From Elusimicrobiota bacterium (GTDB taxonomy: Bacteria > Elusimicrobiota > Elusimicrobia > F11), in contig JBJXGI010000099.1 of NCBI GenBank assembly GCA_046153645.1, positions 1 through 64,000 on the forward strand: a stretch of DNA of 64,000 nt, given 5' to 3'. Made by a program: the position numbers and the translations under genes. Positions 33,154 through 44,379 of the stretch are shown here, piece after piece (position 1 is the first letter of the stretch; each line of letters opens with the position of its first letter). Under the pieces are notes generated by a model. That model had not been told where the DNA came from. It saw only the letters and a list, made by a program, of their open reading frames with translations, and ran no database searches.

Positions 33154-36100
33154 TTGCTCGGTAACAAAAATATATATCGAACTCTTTTTTTCTTTGGGGG
33201 ATTGCTTTTGGGTCCCTCAATAAGTGTTTTCTCACAAAGCGCTAACGATTCTTCTCGTTTTCGAATCGGCGAATCTTTAGAACCTGAATTAGAACCAGAA
33301 AAAAACCTTCCTGATGTTCCTTTTGAATTTGATTTGAAGAAGTGGAATACTATGCGTCGTTCAATTGAAGGTGAGTCGGCAATTGAAAAAAAAGCTCAAA
33401 GTGTTCAAACTTCTTCAAAAACAGTAACTTCTGAACCACCCAAACCTGCTCCTGGCTTAATTAATGTTGAATTACCCTATGAATCGTCTTTATCTGTGAC
33501 GGGAAGAAAAGTCATTAAACTTGATATTACCAATACTCAAATTACCAAAGAACGCGCCAGTGAACTGGGTGGAAAACAGAATGCTCAAACCTTTTCCATG
33601 GAACAAGAACTCCAGGCTCGAATTCAGGGTACTGTGGCTCGCAAAACAACAATTAATGTTAATTTCGATGACACCAAAGAAAATGTGCGAGATTTTTCAG
33701 TCGTCTATAAAGGTGATCCCGATGAAGTTGTTCAAGAAGCCGCTTTCGGTGATATTGTTTTGTCTCTGCCCTCTACTCAATTTGTTAATTACAATAAACA
33801 ATTGTTTGGATTAAGGACGGCGCTAAAATACAAACAATTTGGACTCATGGCCATCGGATCAAGAACGAAGGGGACAACAGAAACAAAACGGTTTACTGGT
33901 GCTACGACTCGTCAACAAGTATTTGTAAATGACACCGCCTATATTCGTCGGAAATTTTATGACCTTACTTTTTCCACTTCACCAGCCATGCTTTCTGGTC
34001 CCCTCAGTGGAAAAACCATATTGCCAATTAATGATGCTGCCGTAGAAGTTATTTATATTGAAGATACGACAGGGCTTCTTCCTTTTCCTCAGGCTCAGAA
34101 TTATGACATAGCCACTCCAACTGCTCCCGCGACAACAATTAATATCAGGATGCGTCAGTTATCGAGAGGGGTGGATTATAGTATCGATCGAATTCGTGGA
34201 ATCGTTACCTTTACCAATACCATACCTGAAGATTCACGCGTTGCTATTGATTTTACATTGGCCAGTGGAGAACGACTGAGTTCTTTGGTTGCCGGTGGTG
34301 TTGGGGTTCTCATTAAAGATAAAAATCCTGAAACAGCAGGAGTGAGTCAAGAAATTAAGCGTTTTTATTTCGTTGGCGCTAGAAATATTAATCGTGATAA
34401 TGGCTTGGGAAATTTTATTTTTAAAGTTTTAGATAAAAACCGAGACACTGAAATCGGTAATACTTTAGTTCCTATTCAACGTTATCCTGACACTATTGAG
34501 ATGAAATTTGAGACCGGAATCTTCGAACTTGAAAGAGAACTTTCTTTTAGCGATTTATATCTTTCTAATATCAATACAGGCAGTCCATTATTTGCGGTAT
34601 TTTCAGTTGAATATCAAGCTATTCTTAGAACCTATACCTTAAGGCCCAACATCGTCTTGCAATCTGAATCAGTGAGTGTTAATGGTCGGAAGTTGGCCCG
34701 AGATTTAGATTATTTTATTGATTATGATATTGGGCTTATCACTTTTTTTAATGAAGATCTTATTCGAGAATCAACTGAAATTGAAGTGACCTATGAATTT
34801 GCGCCGTTTGGTGGCGTTTTGGGGGAAACTTTGGTAGGCGCCAGAGGCATGTGGGATGTTGCTTCTCGTTCGAGACTTCCTGGCGTGGGATTAACAAAAT
34901 GGTCCGCCGGTTCTACTGTTCTCTATAATTTCGCCACAAAGCCAACCTCGCCTCCCGATGTTCGATCTTCAGCAGCAAGTTTGTTGGTGACTGAAGTTGA
35001 TAGCACCATTGAAGGCTTTAAAATCGGCAAAATTCCTTTTGTTTCAAAGCTTTCCATTGAAGCGGCACGGTCATCACAAGATCCTAATCTTTTTGGCCGA
35101 GCCCTTATTGATTCCATGGAGGGCGTTAAACAAGAGGATTCCTCTCCCTTGTTGAGAGATTCTTGGCTGGTCGCTTCTAACCCACTTTTTGGAACGCATA
35201 ATCTTGTTACTGATTTTAGAGGAAGAGACATTGCTCTGAGTCATCTGCGATGGGATGAAGGAGATACTTTAACCTCGGATACTAATGATGGTGGAACAAC
35301 TCAAAAAGCTCTAACCATTGGATATAGTTTAAACACCCAAAACGGTACCACGCCTGAGCAAGTTTCAATGGTTAATATCATTTCTCTTTCTGGACGAGAC
35401 TTTTCAAAAAAATCCACTCTCGAAGTAGAGGTTGAAGGGGCGGGCACTGAAGGTGCGGGTGTTGATCTTATTTTTGATTACGGTAGTTTCAACGAAGATG
35501 CTGACTCCGATGGGGTTTTAGATACTGAAGATCGAATTCCATTTGATGGAACCTTAAACTTAGGTGAAGACAACGGCTGGTTATTTAACGGACCAGGAAA
35601 TGATTTATCTATTACTTCGTCGGCAGATAACACATCGATCGGAATTGGAGCGGGAAATGCCCGTCTTGACGCGGAAGACTTAAATGGGGATCGAGTTTTA
35701 GGAACAACGGATTTTCCAGCTACTTTTTCACCTTTATTTAAACTTTCAAACGGTTTACAAGATTCGCAGGGAAACACCGTTAGCGATTTAAGTTTTACTG
35801 GGCGGAAACTTTTTCAAATTCCTATTAATTTAAATTCATTATCTGCTGAAGAAAAAGCACGGTTAACAGCCGTTCGTCAGGTTCGATTAACGATTAGAAA
35901 TAATAATGGAGCTGCTGTTTCAAAAAGTGGAAGTATTGTTTTGGTTCGTCTTTCAATGGTGGGAAATTCATATGAGCCTGCCACATTGTCAGATACCGTT
36001 TTAAGTACGATGACCGTTCGTGGGATTAACACGAAAGATGATGCTGGAGTTTACAGCACAATCATCGGAAATGGAGATTATGCAGATCTTTACAAAGATA

Positions 36101-38559
36101 GTGTTCCGAAAAGTGATGCCAAAGAACAAGCTTTGGCATTGGTTTATACTCTTCAACCAGGTTCTACTGGGACGACCAGAAACTTATATAGTGCGGCAAG
36201 AGATTTTTCTAAGCATGAAGAATTTGTATTTTTCTTGAGCAAAAAAGACAGTTGTGTTACGGGTTGCGGCAAATTTATTTTCCAGGTTGGTTCAGAAACA
36301 GAGTTTCAACAAGCGACAGTTGATTTAGATAATTCCAATATCCCTGCTGCCCCTATTTGGACGGCGATAAAAATCAAACAATCAGATTTAAATAATGATG
36401 GAACACCAGATACGTGGCAGACCATAACCCCGGGTGTGACAATAACACGTGTCGGAAGCGTTCCAAACTTAAGCCAAATTTCTCAGATTAAGATGGGCGT
36501 ACGAAATGATTCTGGAGCGGTTATCACAAACCAGGTTTGGGTAAATGAAATTCATTTAAAAAATCCCAAAGAAAAATTAGGTCACGCTAAACGAGCCACC
36601 TTCAATACTGTTTGGGAAAATTGGATGGATCTCGGTGGGAGTTACCAAGATGTTGATCGAAATTGGCAAACGCCCACAACAGCTATTACCAACCAAGACA
36701 ATACCAGAAGTGACGCTTACGCCAATTTTAATCGTCTTGCATTTTTACCGATGAGTTTTAAGACCACGAGAGATAGAACCCTAACCCCGTCTGCTTTTCG
36801 AGCAAATCAAAACGCACTTGTTTCATTTTTAGAAGAAGGAAGAGTGGAGCGAATTGCGAATGTGTCCAGTGCGAAACTCATCATTCCAAAATTGCCTGTT
36901 TTGGATTTTAATTATTCCAACGATGAGACTGAAAATACACTGTCTCAACGCAAAGAATTAAATGATACCTTGAGTATTGGAGCCAGTTACGCATTTCCAA
37001 AAATGCTTGATGTTCTTCCGGGGAATTTTTTAACTTTTAGAATTCTTCCTACGAATATGACCTTTACGCACATTAATAAAACATCAAAGGTGCGATTTCC
37101 TGATGTCAATAAATTGGTTGAATTTAGTATTTCAACCACACCCTTTAATTCGACAAACCTGACCCAAACAAGCTCAGAAAATGAGGCGCGTATGAATTTT
37201 CGCCCCTGGGAGGGTTTTTCTTTTAACCCCACTTATCGATTAAGGGTTGAAAAAGAGAAAAGAGATTTTCGGGATGATGAAATTCTTTCGATTGCCGCTT
37301 TATCTAATTTGGATAACAGGGAAACGCCTCGATCGATTGTTCAGAATATCTCAGCATCGGGGAATTTAAAACTATTAAAGTGGTTGGATCCTCGTTATAA
37401 CTATTCATTTTCAGGAACTGAAACCAATGGTCTTCCCACGTTGACCAATACCACTGCTTATTCTTTAAAAACAATTACTCGAAATAGTCAGGGAGAAATT
37501 TCTGGAAATATTCAAGCTTCTCAGGTGTTCACGAGAAGTCTTTTATTAAGGAGCATGAATCTCAATTCAAGTTACAAGGTTGAAAACGGGGATAGTTACC
37601 AAGATGTGCCCGAGGGGTTTAAATGGAGGAGTCAATATTGGGTTGGTAATCCCTTAGCCATTAGCAGTGGAACTGAGGGGCGGCGAGTTGAGCTAACTGA
37701 TCGGCGTACTTTTAGAACAGGGATGTCTTGGCAACCATTTGGTGCTTATCAAATTACCAACACGAAAATGAAACTGTTTAATACGATGTCTTTGACAGGA
37801 AATTATCAAGCCTCAACAGAAGACAGCGAAACAACGGGGTCTGCTAAAAGAGTAACTTCTCTTACCTGGCCCGATTTAATTTTAACGATTAATGACATAG
37901 AAGATTTATTTAGTATTAAACGTGTCTTGGATAATTCTCGTTTGGTTGTAAAAACAAATAAGAGAGTCACAGAAACAAGAGCTGTCACCAAAAGCAGATC
38001 CAATAATTTGGGATCAGATTATCAATTTCAGTTCTTGAAAAAGTGGGATGTGTCGACGGGATTTAATTTGGCTACTTCACGTGATGATAATTTGGTTTCA
38101 AATCTTCTAGCTTCTAAGTCAAATACCCTCTCTTATTTCTTACAAACTCGAATTCCTTGGAAAATTTGGGCTTTTACTCCTCGTTTTGAGAGATCTAAAA
38201 CCGATACCAAGGATTCAATTCGTACAACGAACGATTTGCTTTCTGAGGTGTATCAGGTCCAAATTTATGGAGATATTAACCGACCTGTGGGGTTGCGCAT
38301 AGGGAGAAGGGAATTGGCTTTGGCCAATCGAGTTATTATTAACTCAACTGTTAAATGGGATAAAAAACGCTCAAGTGTGAATCCTGGGTCAAATTATTTA
38401 GACACTTATAGCGGTACTCTCTCTGCTGACTACACCATTTCTCAAAATTTCCGAATTGCTTTTGGGGGGAATTTCTCACAAGAAGTTCATCACCCCGATT
38501 TTAAAAAACTTGACCGTCTTATCTTTGGTCTTAATTCTGTTCTCACGATTCAATTCTAA
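33154..38559 (+). CDS. SprA-like very large outer-membrane beta-barrel protein (1801 aa)
   Basis: Signal peptide. RGVDYSIDRIRGIVTF and SESVSVNGRKLARDLDYFIDYDIGLITF repeats, EDxxxDG loops, WVNEI, C-terminal Phe. Confidence 0.65.
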   Translation: MLGNKNIYRTLFFFGGLLLGPSISVFSQSANDSSRFRIGESLEPELEPEKNLPDVPFEFDLKKWNTMRRSIEGESAIEKKAQSVQTSSKTVTSEPPKPAPGLINVELPYESSLSVTGRKVIKLDITNTQITKERASELGGKQNAQTFSMEQELQARIQGTVARKTTINVNFDDTKENVRDFSVVYKGDPDEVVQEAAFGDIVLSLPSTQFVNYNKQLFGLRTALKYKQFGLMAIGSRTKGTTETKRFTGATTRQQVFVNDTAYIRRKFYDLTFSTSPAMLSGPLSGKTILPINDAAVEVIYIEDTTGLLPFPQAQNYDIATPTAPATTINIRMRQLSRGVDYSIDRIRGIVTFTNTIPEDSRVAIDFTLASGERLSSLVAGGVGVLIKDKNPETAGVSQEIKRFYFVGARNINRDNGLGNFIFKVLDKNRDTEIGNTLVPIQRYPDTIEMKFETGIFELERELSFSDLYLSNINTGSPLFAVFSVEYQAILRTYTLRPNIVLQSESVSVNGRKLARDLDYFIDYDIGLITFFNEDLIRESTEIEVTYEFAPFGGVLGETLVGARGMWDVASRSRLPGVGLTKWSAGSTVLYNFATKPTSPPDVRSSAASLLVTEVDSTIEGFKIGKIPFVSKLSIEAARSSQDPNLFGRALIDSMEGVKQEDSSPLLRDSWLVASNPLFGTHNLVTDFRGRDIALSHLRWDEGDTLTSDTNDGGTTQKALTIGYSLNTQNGTTPEQVSMVNIISLSGRDFSKKSTLEVEVEGAGTEGAGVDLIFDYGSFNEDADSDGVLDTEDRIPFDGTLNLGEDNGWLFNGPGNDLSITSSADNTSIGIGAGNARLDAEDLNGDRVLGTTDFPATFSPLFKLSNGLQDSQGNTVSDLSFTGRKLFQIPINLNSLSAEEKARLTAVRQVRLTIRNNNGAAVSKSGSIVLVRLSMVGNSYEPATLSDTVLSTMTVRGINTKDDAGVYSTIIGNGDYADLYKDSVPKSDAKEQALALVYTLQPGSTGTTRNLYSAARDFSKHEEFVFFLSKKDSCVTGCGKFIFQVGSETEFQQATVDLDNSNIPAAPIWTAIKIKQSDLNNDGTPDTWQTITPGVTITRVGSVPNLSQISQIKMGVRNDSGAVITNQVWVNEIHLKNPKEKLGHAKRATFNTVWENWMDLGGSYQDVDRNWQTPTTAITNQDNTRSDAYANFNRLAFLPMSFKTTRDRTLTPSAFRANQNALVSFLEEGRVERIANVSSAKLIIPKLPVLDFNYSNDETENTLSQRKELNDTLSIGASYAFPKMLDVLPGNFLTFRILPTNMTFTHINKTSKVRFPDVNKLVEFSISTTPFNSTNLTQTSSENEARMNFRPWEGFSFNPTYRLRVEKEKRDFRDDEILSIAALSNLDNRETPRSIVQNISASGNLKLLKWLDPRYNYSFSGTETNGLPTLTNTTAYSLKTITRNSQGEISGNIQASQVFTRSLLLRSMNLNSSYKVENGDSYQDVPEGFKWRSQYWVGNPLAISSGTEGRRVELTDRRTFRTGMSWQPFGAYQITNTKMKLFNTMSLTGNYQASTEDSETTGSAKRVTSLTWPDLILTINDIEDLFSIKRVLDNSRLVVKTNKRVTETRAVTKSRSNNLGSDYQFQFLKKWDVSTGFNLATSRDDNLVSNLLASKSNTLSYFLQTRIPWKIWAFTPRFERSKTDTKDSIRTTNDLLSEVYQVQIYGDINRPVGLRIGRRELALANRVIINSTVKWDKKRSSVNPGSNYLDTYSGTLSADYTISQNFRIAFGGNFSQEVHHPDFKKLDRLIFGLNSVLTIQF

Positions 38560-38681
38560 TCGAAAAATATTTTCCAATCCGCTCTTCTTTTTTTAGAGTT
38601 TTAATTGACCTTTCATTTGAGTGAATGATGCCAAAACTTTCCTTTATTTGATTAAATAACACACCCCTTCAGGAGGATTTT

Positions 38682-39332
38682 ATGAAGGGCGTTTTTTGGT
38701 TTTTGTTTAAGCTGTTTTTTCCGGCTTGTTGTCCGGGGTGTAAAAAAGATATGTCGCTCTGTTTTAACGTCCCGGCTTGCTCATCTTGCGTTGATCAGTT
38801 TGAATTCAATCGACATCTTTTCACAACTAAAAATTTAGATTCACTTCATTGTCATTATTTATATAAAGAGCCTCTTCGGTCATTTATTATTCATTCAAAA
38901 TATCACGCCAAAGACTATTTATTGCCTTATTTATTAGATCAGGTAACTGTTCTTTTTAGCGGTTTTGATTGCGTTATTTCAGTTCCCGGTCATCCCATCA
39001 AAAATGTTTTGAGAGGGTATAACCCTGCTTCGTTAATTGCTTCTGCTATTTCACGTAAAGCCGGCATTCCATTTAAAGCAAATTTTATTTCTCGTAAATT
39101 ATGGAGTAAAAGTCAGAAAAAACTGACTAAAAGTGAAAGGTGGGAAAACTCGCAGGCTTCGTTTTTTATTCATAAATCAATACGAAAAAACTGTTTCGGA
39201 TTGAAAATTTTATTGATTGATGATGTTTGCACAACGAGTTCAACTTTAGAAGTATGTGCAAAAATCCTGAAAAATCAGGGGGCCAAAGAAGTCCATGGTT
39301 GGGCGCTTTGTTATGAAGAATTACAAAAATAG
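38682..39332 (+). CDS. comF: ComF family (zinc ribbon plus PRTase)
   Basis: FPACCPGC...CSSC, RGYNPA, LLIDDVCTT. Confidence 0.85.
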   Translation: MKGVFWFLFKLFFPACCPGCKKDMSLCFNVPACSSCVDQFEFNRHLFTTKNLDSLHCHYLYKEPLRSFIIHSKYHAKDYLLPYLLDQVTVLFSGFDCVISVPGHPIKNVLRGYNPASLIASAISRKAGIPFKANFISRKLWSKSQKKLTKSERWENSQASFFIHKSIRKNCFGLKILLIDDVCTTSSTLEVCAKILKNQGAKEVHGWALCYEELQK

Positions 39333-39344
39333 CACTTCTAATGA

Positions 39345-39373
39345 TTGACGAATCAATTTTGGAAGGATAAAAT
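39345..39373 (+). promoter_or_regulatory. Sigma70-type promoter for gap
   Basis: TTGACG-17 nt-TAAAAT. Confidence 0.6.
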
Positions 39374-39416
39374 GCTGATCTGTTTTTGATGCGTGGGCTT
39401 GAAATCAAACCTGTAG

Positions 39417-40523
<1,107 letters not shown>

Positions 40524-40528
40524 ACTTA

Positions 40529-41755
40529 ATGACCGCATCAATGGAAGCTCCCGTGTCTATTCGAAAAAAGTCATTTAGAGAATTAAATGTAACTGATCGC
40601 CGTGTCCTCGTTAGGGTTGATTTTAATGTCCCTGTCGATAAAAATACGGGTTTGGTAACAGATGATTCTCGTTTGAGAGCGGCACTTCCTACCATTGAGC
40701 GATTATTAGAAAAGAAAGCAAAAGTCATCTTAATTTCACACTTAGGGAGACCAAAGGGGCAGGTGAATCCTAAGTATAGTCTTAAACCTGTTCTAAAGCC
40801 TTTAAGTGATCTTTTAAAATTGCCGGTGCAATTTGCTGATAATTGCGTAGGTCCGTTGGCTTATGAAGCGGTGGCAAAATTGAAAGCTGGTGATGTGTTG
40901 CTTCTAGAGAATTTACGCTTCCATGAGGGTGAAGAGAAAAATAATCAAGTATTTGCCAAAGATTTGTCTACGATGGCTGATTATTTTGTTCAAGATGCTT
41001 TTGGAGCCGTCCATAGAGCTCATGCCTCAACAAGCGCGATTACTTCTTTTTTACCTTCTTTTTGTGGTTCACTTCTTGAAAAAGAGTTGAACTTTCTTGG
41101 GAAAGTAAAATCCAACCCTGCGCGTCCTTATGTTGCTATTTTAGGTGGAGCCAAAGTTTCAGATAAAATTGCCATTGTTGAGTCATTTGTTAATAATGTT
41201 GATGTTCTTTTCATCGGTGGTGCGATGGCCTATACTTTTTTACGGGCAAAAGGAATTGAAACTGGCGATTCATTGGTTGAACTTGATTTTATTTCTGTTT
41301 GTCAAAATATTTTGAAGATCGCAGAAGAAAAAGGTGTAAAAATTATTCTTCCGGTTGATCATAAAATTGTGCAACAAATCGAAAATCCCTCTCAACTTAA
41401 ACACACAAATGATGATTCTATTCCGCTTGGTTGGAAAGGTGTGGATATTGGACCTGAAACGTTAAATTTACTTAAACCTGAATTAGAAAAAGCAAAAACT
41501 GTTTTTTGGAATGGACCCTCAGGAATTTTTGAAATAAATGAATTTTCAGTTGGTACAATGACGGTAGCGCATCTTGCGGCAAAAGCAGCTATGAGGGGAG
41601 CGATTGTTGTTGTGGGTGGAGGCGATTCTGTTGCCGCTGTTGTTAAAGCAGGTGTTTCTCAGCAAATAACTTATATTTCTACAGGGGGAGGGGCGTCAAT
41701 GGAATTTCTAGAAGGTAAAGAACTTCCAGGTGTTGTTGCCCTGCCAAATTCATAA
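40529..41755 (+). CDS. pgk: Phosphoglycerate kinase
   Basis: RVDFNVP, SHLGRP, LENLRF, GGAKVSDK, STGGGA. Confidence 0.98.
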   Translation: MTASMEAPVSIRKKSFRELNVTDRRVLVRVDFNVPVDKNTGLVTDDSRLRAALPTIERLLEKKAKVILISHLGRPKGQVNPKYSLKPVLKPLSDLLKLPVQFADNCVGPLAYEAVAKLKAGDVLLLENLRFHEGEEKNNQVFAKDLSTMADYFVQDAFGAVHRAHASTSAITSFLPSFCGSLLEKELNFLGKVKSNPARPYVAILGGAKVSDKIAIVESFVNNVDVLFIGGAMAYTFLRAKGIETGDSLVELDFISVCQNILKIAEEKGVKIILPVDHKIVQQIENPSQLKHTNDDSIPLGWKGVDIGPETLNLLKPELEKAKTVFWNGPSGIFEINEFSVGTMTVAHLAAKAAMRGAIVVVGGGDSVAAVVKAGVSQQITYISTGGGASMEFLEGKELPGVVALPNS

Positions 41756-41758
41756 TTT

Positions 41759-42124
41759 ATGTATCCAATTATTTTAGGTGTTCATGTTTTAGTTTGTGTT
41801 CTTGTTATTTTGATTGTTCTTATTCAAGCTGGACGTAGTGGCGGATTTTCAGGTTTCCTTGGCGCTGGTGGAGGGGATGCTATTTTTTCAGCTTCCAGCC
41901 AACAATCGGGGTTAAGAAAGTTAACTGTTGTTTTGGCGGGCGTTTTCATGCTGACATCAGTTCTTTTAACTGTTTTATCGAGTCGCCGAGAAGGACGAAG
42001 CGTATTTGATCGTCCTTTTGCTACAATTCCTCAGTTTCCAGCTTCTTCTGACGTTAGTTCACAGCCATCGGTTCCAGTTCCTGTCGATGCCGAAAATGGA
42101 ACTCAACCGAACGTCGGAAATTAA
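41759..42124 (+). CDS. secG: Preprotein translocase subunit SecG
   Basis: Two TMs with LIQ and a Gly-rich linker, followed by tRNA-Leu (common synteny). Confidence 0.9.
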   Translation: MYPIILGVHVLVCVLVILIVLIQAGRSGGFSGFLGAGGGDAIFSASSQQSGLRKLTVVLAGVFMLTSVLLTVLSSRREGRSVFDRPFATIPQFPASSDVSSQPSVPVPVDAENGTQPNVGN

Positions 42125-42147
42125 CAGGGTAACAAACAAAGGTTTTT

Positions 42148-42230
42148 GCGCGGGTGGTGAAACTGGCAGACACGCCATCTTGAGGTGGTGGTGCCCAAAA
42201 GGCATGCAGGTTCAAGTCCTGTCCCGCGCA
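42148..42230 (+). tRNA. tRNA-Leu(GAG), CCA not encoded
   Basis: Acceptor GCGCGGG/CCCGCGC, anticodon arm CCATC-TTGAGGT-GGTGG, long variable arm, GGTTCAAGTCC. Confidence 0.93.
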
Positions 42231-42252
42231 GTTTTTTTACATAGTAAAAAAA

Positions 42253-42325
42253 CCTTCTAATTGCTCATACTATTTTCTTTCCATTTTAAAATTAGCATGA
42301 GCATGAGAAAATAGTATATAGAAGG
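42253..42325. repeat. Modular imperfect hairpin repeat, copy 1
   Basis: Ends CCTTCTA/TAGAAGG. ATACTATTTTCT pairs with AGAAAATAGTAT. Contains AATTAG-CATGAG-CATGAG-AAAATAG. Confidence 0.8.
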
Positions 42326-42340
42326 CGGCTTCGCCGCATT

Positions 42341-42414
42341 GCGGGTGTGGTTCAATGGTAGAATGGCTCGTTGCCAACGAGCAGACGAGGGTTCAATTCC
42401 CTTCACCCGCTCCA
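42341..42414 (+). tRNA. tRNA-Gly(GCC)
   Basis: GCGGGTG/CACCCGC acceptor, GCTCG-TTGCCAA-CGAGC arm, ends TCCA. Confidence 0.95.
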
Positions 42415-42455
42415 CCCTTCTTAAAATAAAAGTTGTTTTTCACTTCTGTAAAAAC

Positions 42456-43373
42456 ATGAACCAATATACGTTAAAAGAAAAAATTCAAAAGCTTAAAATA
42501 GAGCGAAATGCCGTTATTATTGCTCATAACTATGAACTTCCTGAAGTTCAAGATGTGGCTGATTTTGTTGGAGACTCTTTAGGATTGTCTCAAAAAGCAG
42601 CAGCAACCGATGCGGACGTCATTGTTTTTTGCGGAGTTCATTTTATGGCTGAAACAGCTGCCATTCTTGCCCCGCAAAAAAAAGTTCTTATTCCGGATTT
42701 AGGGGCGGGGTGTTCTTTAGCGGCAACAATCACAGCTGACGATTTAAGGAGATGGAAAGCAGAGCATCCTGGCGCAGTGGTTGTTACTTATGTTAACTCG
42801 ACGGCGGAAGTTAAAGCTGAATCTGATTACTGTTGTACCTCATCTAATGCGGTAAAGGTTGTAGAGTCTATTTCTCCTGAAAAAGAAATTTTATTTGCGC
42901 CAGATATGTTTTTAGGGCAGTGGGTCAGAATGAAAACGGGTCGAACCGTTCATTTATGGCCAGGTTCTTGTCATGTTCATCATCGAATTAAAACCGATGA
43001 TATTAAGGCGTTGAAAGTTGAACACCCAAAAGCGGAGTTTGTGATGCATCCTGAATGCGGGTGTATGTCAACTTGTTTACCTTTGGCTGATAAAGTTTTA
43101 TCGACCGAAGGAATGGTGCGTTATGCAAAAGAAAGCCCAGCCAAAGAAATGATTGTTGCCACAGAAAATGGAATTTTACATCGAATGAAAAAAGAAAACC
43201 CTGAAAAAATATTTTATCCATCAACTGAAACAGCTGTTTGCGAATTTATGAAAATGATTACTCTTGAAAAAGTATTGTGGTCACTTGAAGATTTAAAATA
43301 TCAGGTCTCTGTTCCTGCCGATATTGCTAAAAAAGCAAAAGTGGCCATCGATCGAATGGTTTCAATTACTTGA
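42456..43373 (+). CDS. nadA: Quinolinate synthase
   Basis: AHNY, FCGVHFMAE, AGCSLA, YVNSTA, HPEC. Start moved to ATG 42456, downstream of the tRNA. Confidence 0.95.
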   Translation: MNQYTLKEKIQKLKIERNAVIIAHNYELPEVQDVADFVGDSLGLSQKAAATDADVIVFCGVHFMAETAAILAPQKKVLIPDLGAGCSLAATITADDLRRWKAEHPGAVVVTYVNSTAEVKAESDYCCTSSNAVKVVESISPEKEILFAPDMFLGQWVRMKTGRTVHLWPGSCHVHHRIKTDDIKALKVEHPKAEFVMHPECGCMSTCLPLADKVLSTEGMVRYAKESPAKEMIVATENGILHRMKKENPEKIFYPSTETAVCEFMKMITLEKVLWSLEDLKYQVSVPADIAKKAKVAIDRMVSIT

Positions 43374-43765
43374 GTTATATGGGAACTAAACTAAAATACT
43401 TTACATTAAAAGAGGCAGAGAAGTTAATTCCAACTCTCCAGGCGGGCTTTGAAAAAATTCAAGAAATCAGGCTTAAAATTGAAGAGAAAGTTGAATATTG
43501 GAGAAAAGTTCATAAAAAAATGACAGATGTCGATGAAACTCTTTTTCGAAGCCAAGTTGATTTTTTAGTAACTCAGCTAGATTCAGAACTTGGAAAAATT
43601 GCCGATTTAGGCTGTGTTCCAAAAGATCTTGAGTCAGGGTTGGTTGATTTCCCCGCGAGGATCGATGGAAAAGAAGGTTACTTTTGCTGGAAAATTGGTG
43701 AGACAACAATTGCTTATTGGCATAATTTAACTGAAGGCTTTTCAGGACGAAGACTCATAAGTTAG
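43370..43765 (+). CDS. DUF2203-like protein
   Basis: YFTLKEA, KDLESGLVDFP, CWKIGE, YWH...GFSGR. Confidence 0.8.
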   Translation: MSYMGTKLKYFTLKEAEKLIPTLQAGFEKIQEIRLKIEEKVEYWRKVHKKMTDVDETLFRSQVDFLVTQLDSELGKIADLGCVPKDLESGLVDFPARIDGKEGYFCWKIGETTIAYWHNLTEGFSGRRLIS

Positions 43766-43781
43766 TTAGGAGCATAGATCG

Positions 43782-44372
43782 ATGAAAAAAATGCAAGAAG
43801 CAGAGAAATTAACAGGAAAAGTTGGCGCATTAGCAGAAAATATTGAAGATATTTTACACTTGATTGGAGAGGATAAAACTCGAGAAGGTTTGGTTAAAAC
43901 TCCGGGTCGAGTGGCCAAATCGTTATTAGATTTAACGACAGGGTATTCGGTTGATGTCGATGCTCTTATTAATAGAGCCATTTTCGACGAAAACTATAAT
44001 GAAATGGTTGTTGTTAAAGATATTCGATTTTATTCTCTTTGCGAACATCATATGCTGCCTTTTTTTGGGACTGCAGCTGTTGCCTATATTCCGAATGGAA
44101 AAATTATTGGTCTTTCTAAAATTCCTAAGTTGGTAGATGTTTTTTCCAAGCGTTTACAAGTTCAAGAGCGCTTAACTCAACAAATTGCCAATACGCTTCA
44201 GGAAAAATTAAAACCCTTGGGTGTGGGAGTTGTTATGAAAGCGCGTCATTTGTGCATGGAAATGCGTGGTGCAGAGAGCATGGATTCTCCCACGATTACA
44301 AGCGCCATGCTGGGAGCTTTTAGAAATAGATCTCAAACCCGAGATGAATTTTTATCCATCATTCATAGTTGA
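43782..44372 (+). CDS. folE: GTP cyclohydrolase I
   Basis: [39 protein letters not shown]. Confidence 0.97.
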   Translation: MKKMQEAEKLTGKVGALAENIEDILHLIGEDKTREGLVKTPGRVAKSLLDLTTGYSVDVDALINRAIFDENYNEMVVVKDIRFYSLCEHHMLPFFGTAAVAYIPNGKIIGLSKIPKLVDVFSKRLQVQERLTQQIANTLQEKLKPLGVGVVMKARHLCMEMRGAESMDSPTITSAMLGAFRNRSQTRDEFLSIIHS

Positions 44373-44379
44373 ATAACTG

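Noticed and set aside
42006..42260. 84-aa ORF
   Set aside because: It overlaps secG and tRNA-Leu and has no recognisable motif.
42339..42455. N-terminal extension of nadA in the ORF track
   Set aside because: It overlaps tRNA-Gly. The real start is likely ATG 42456.
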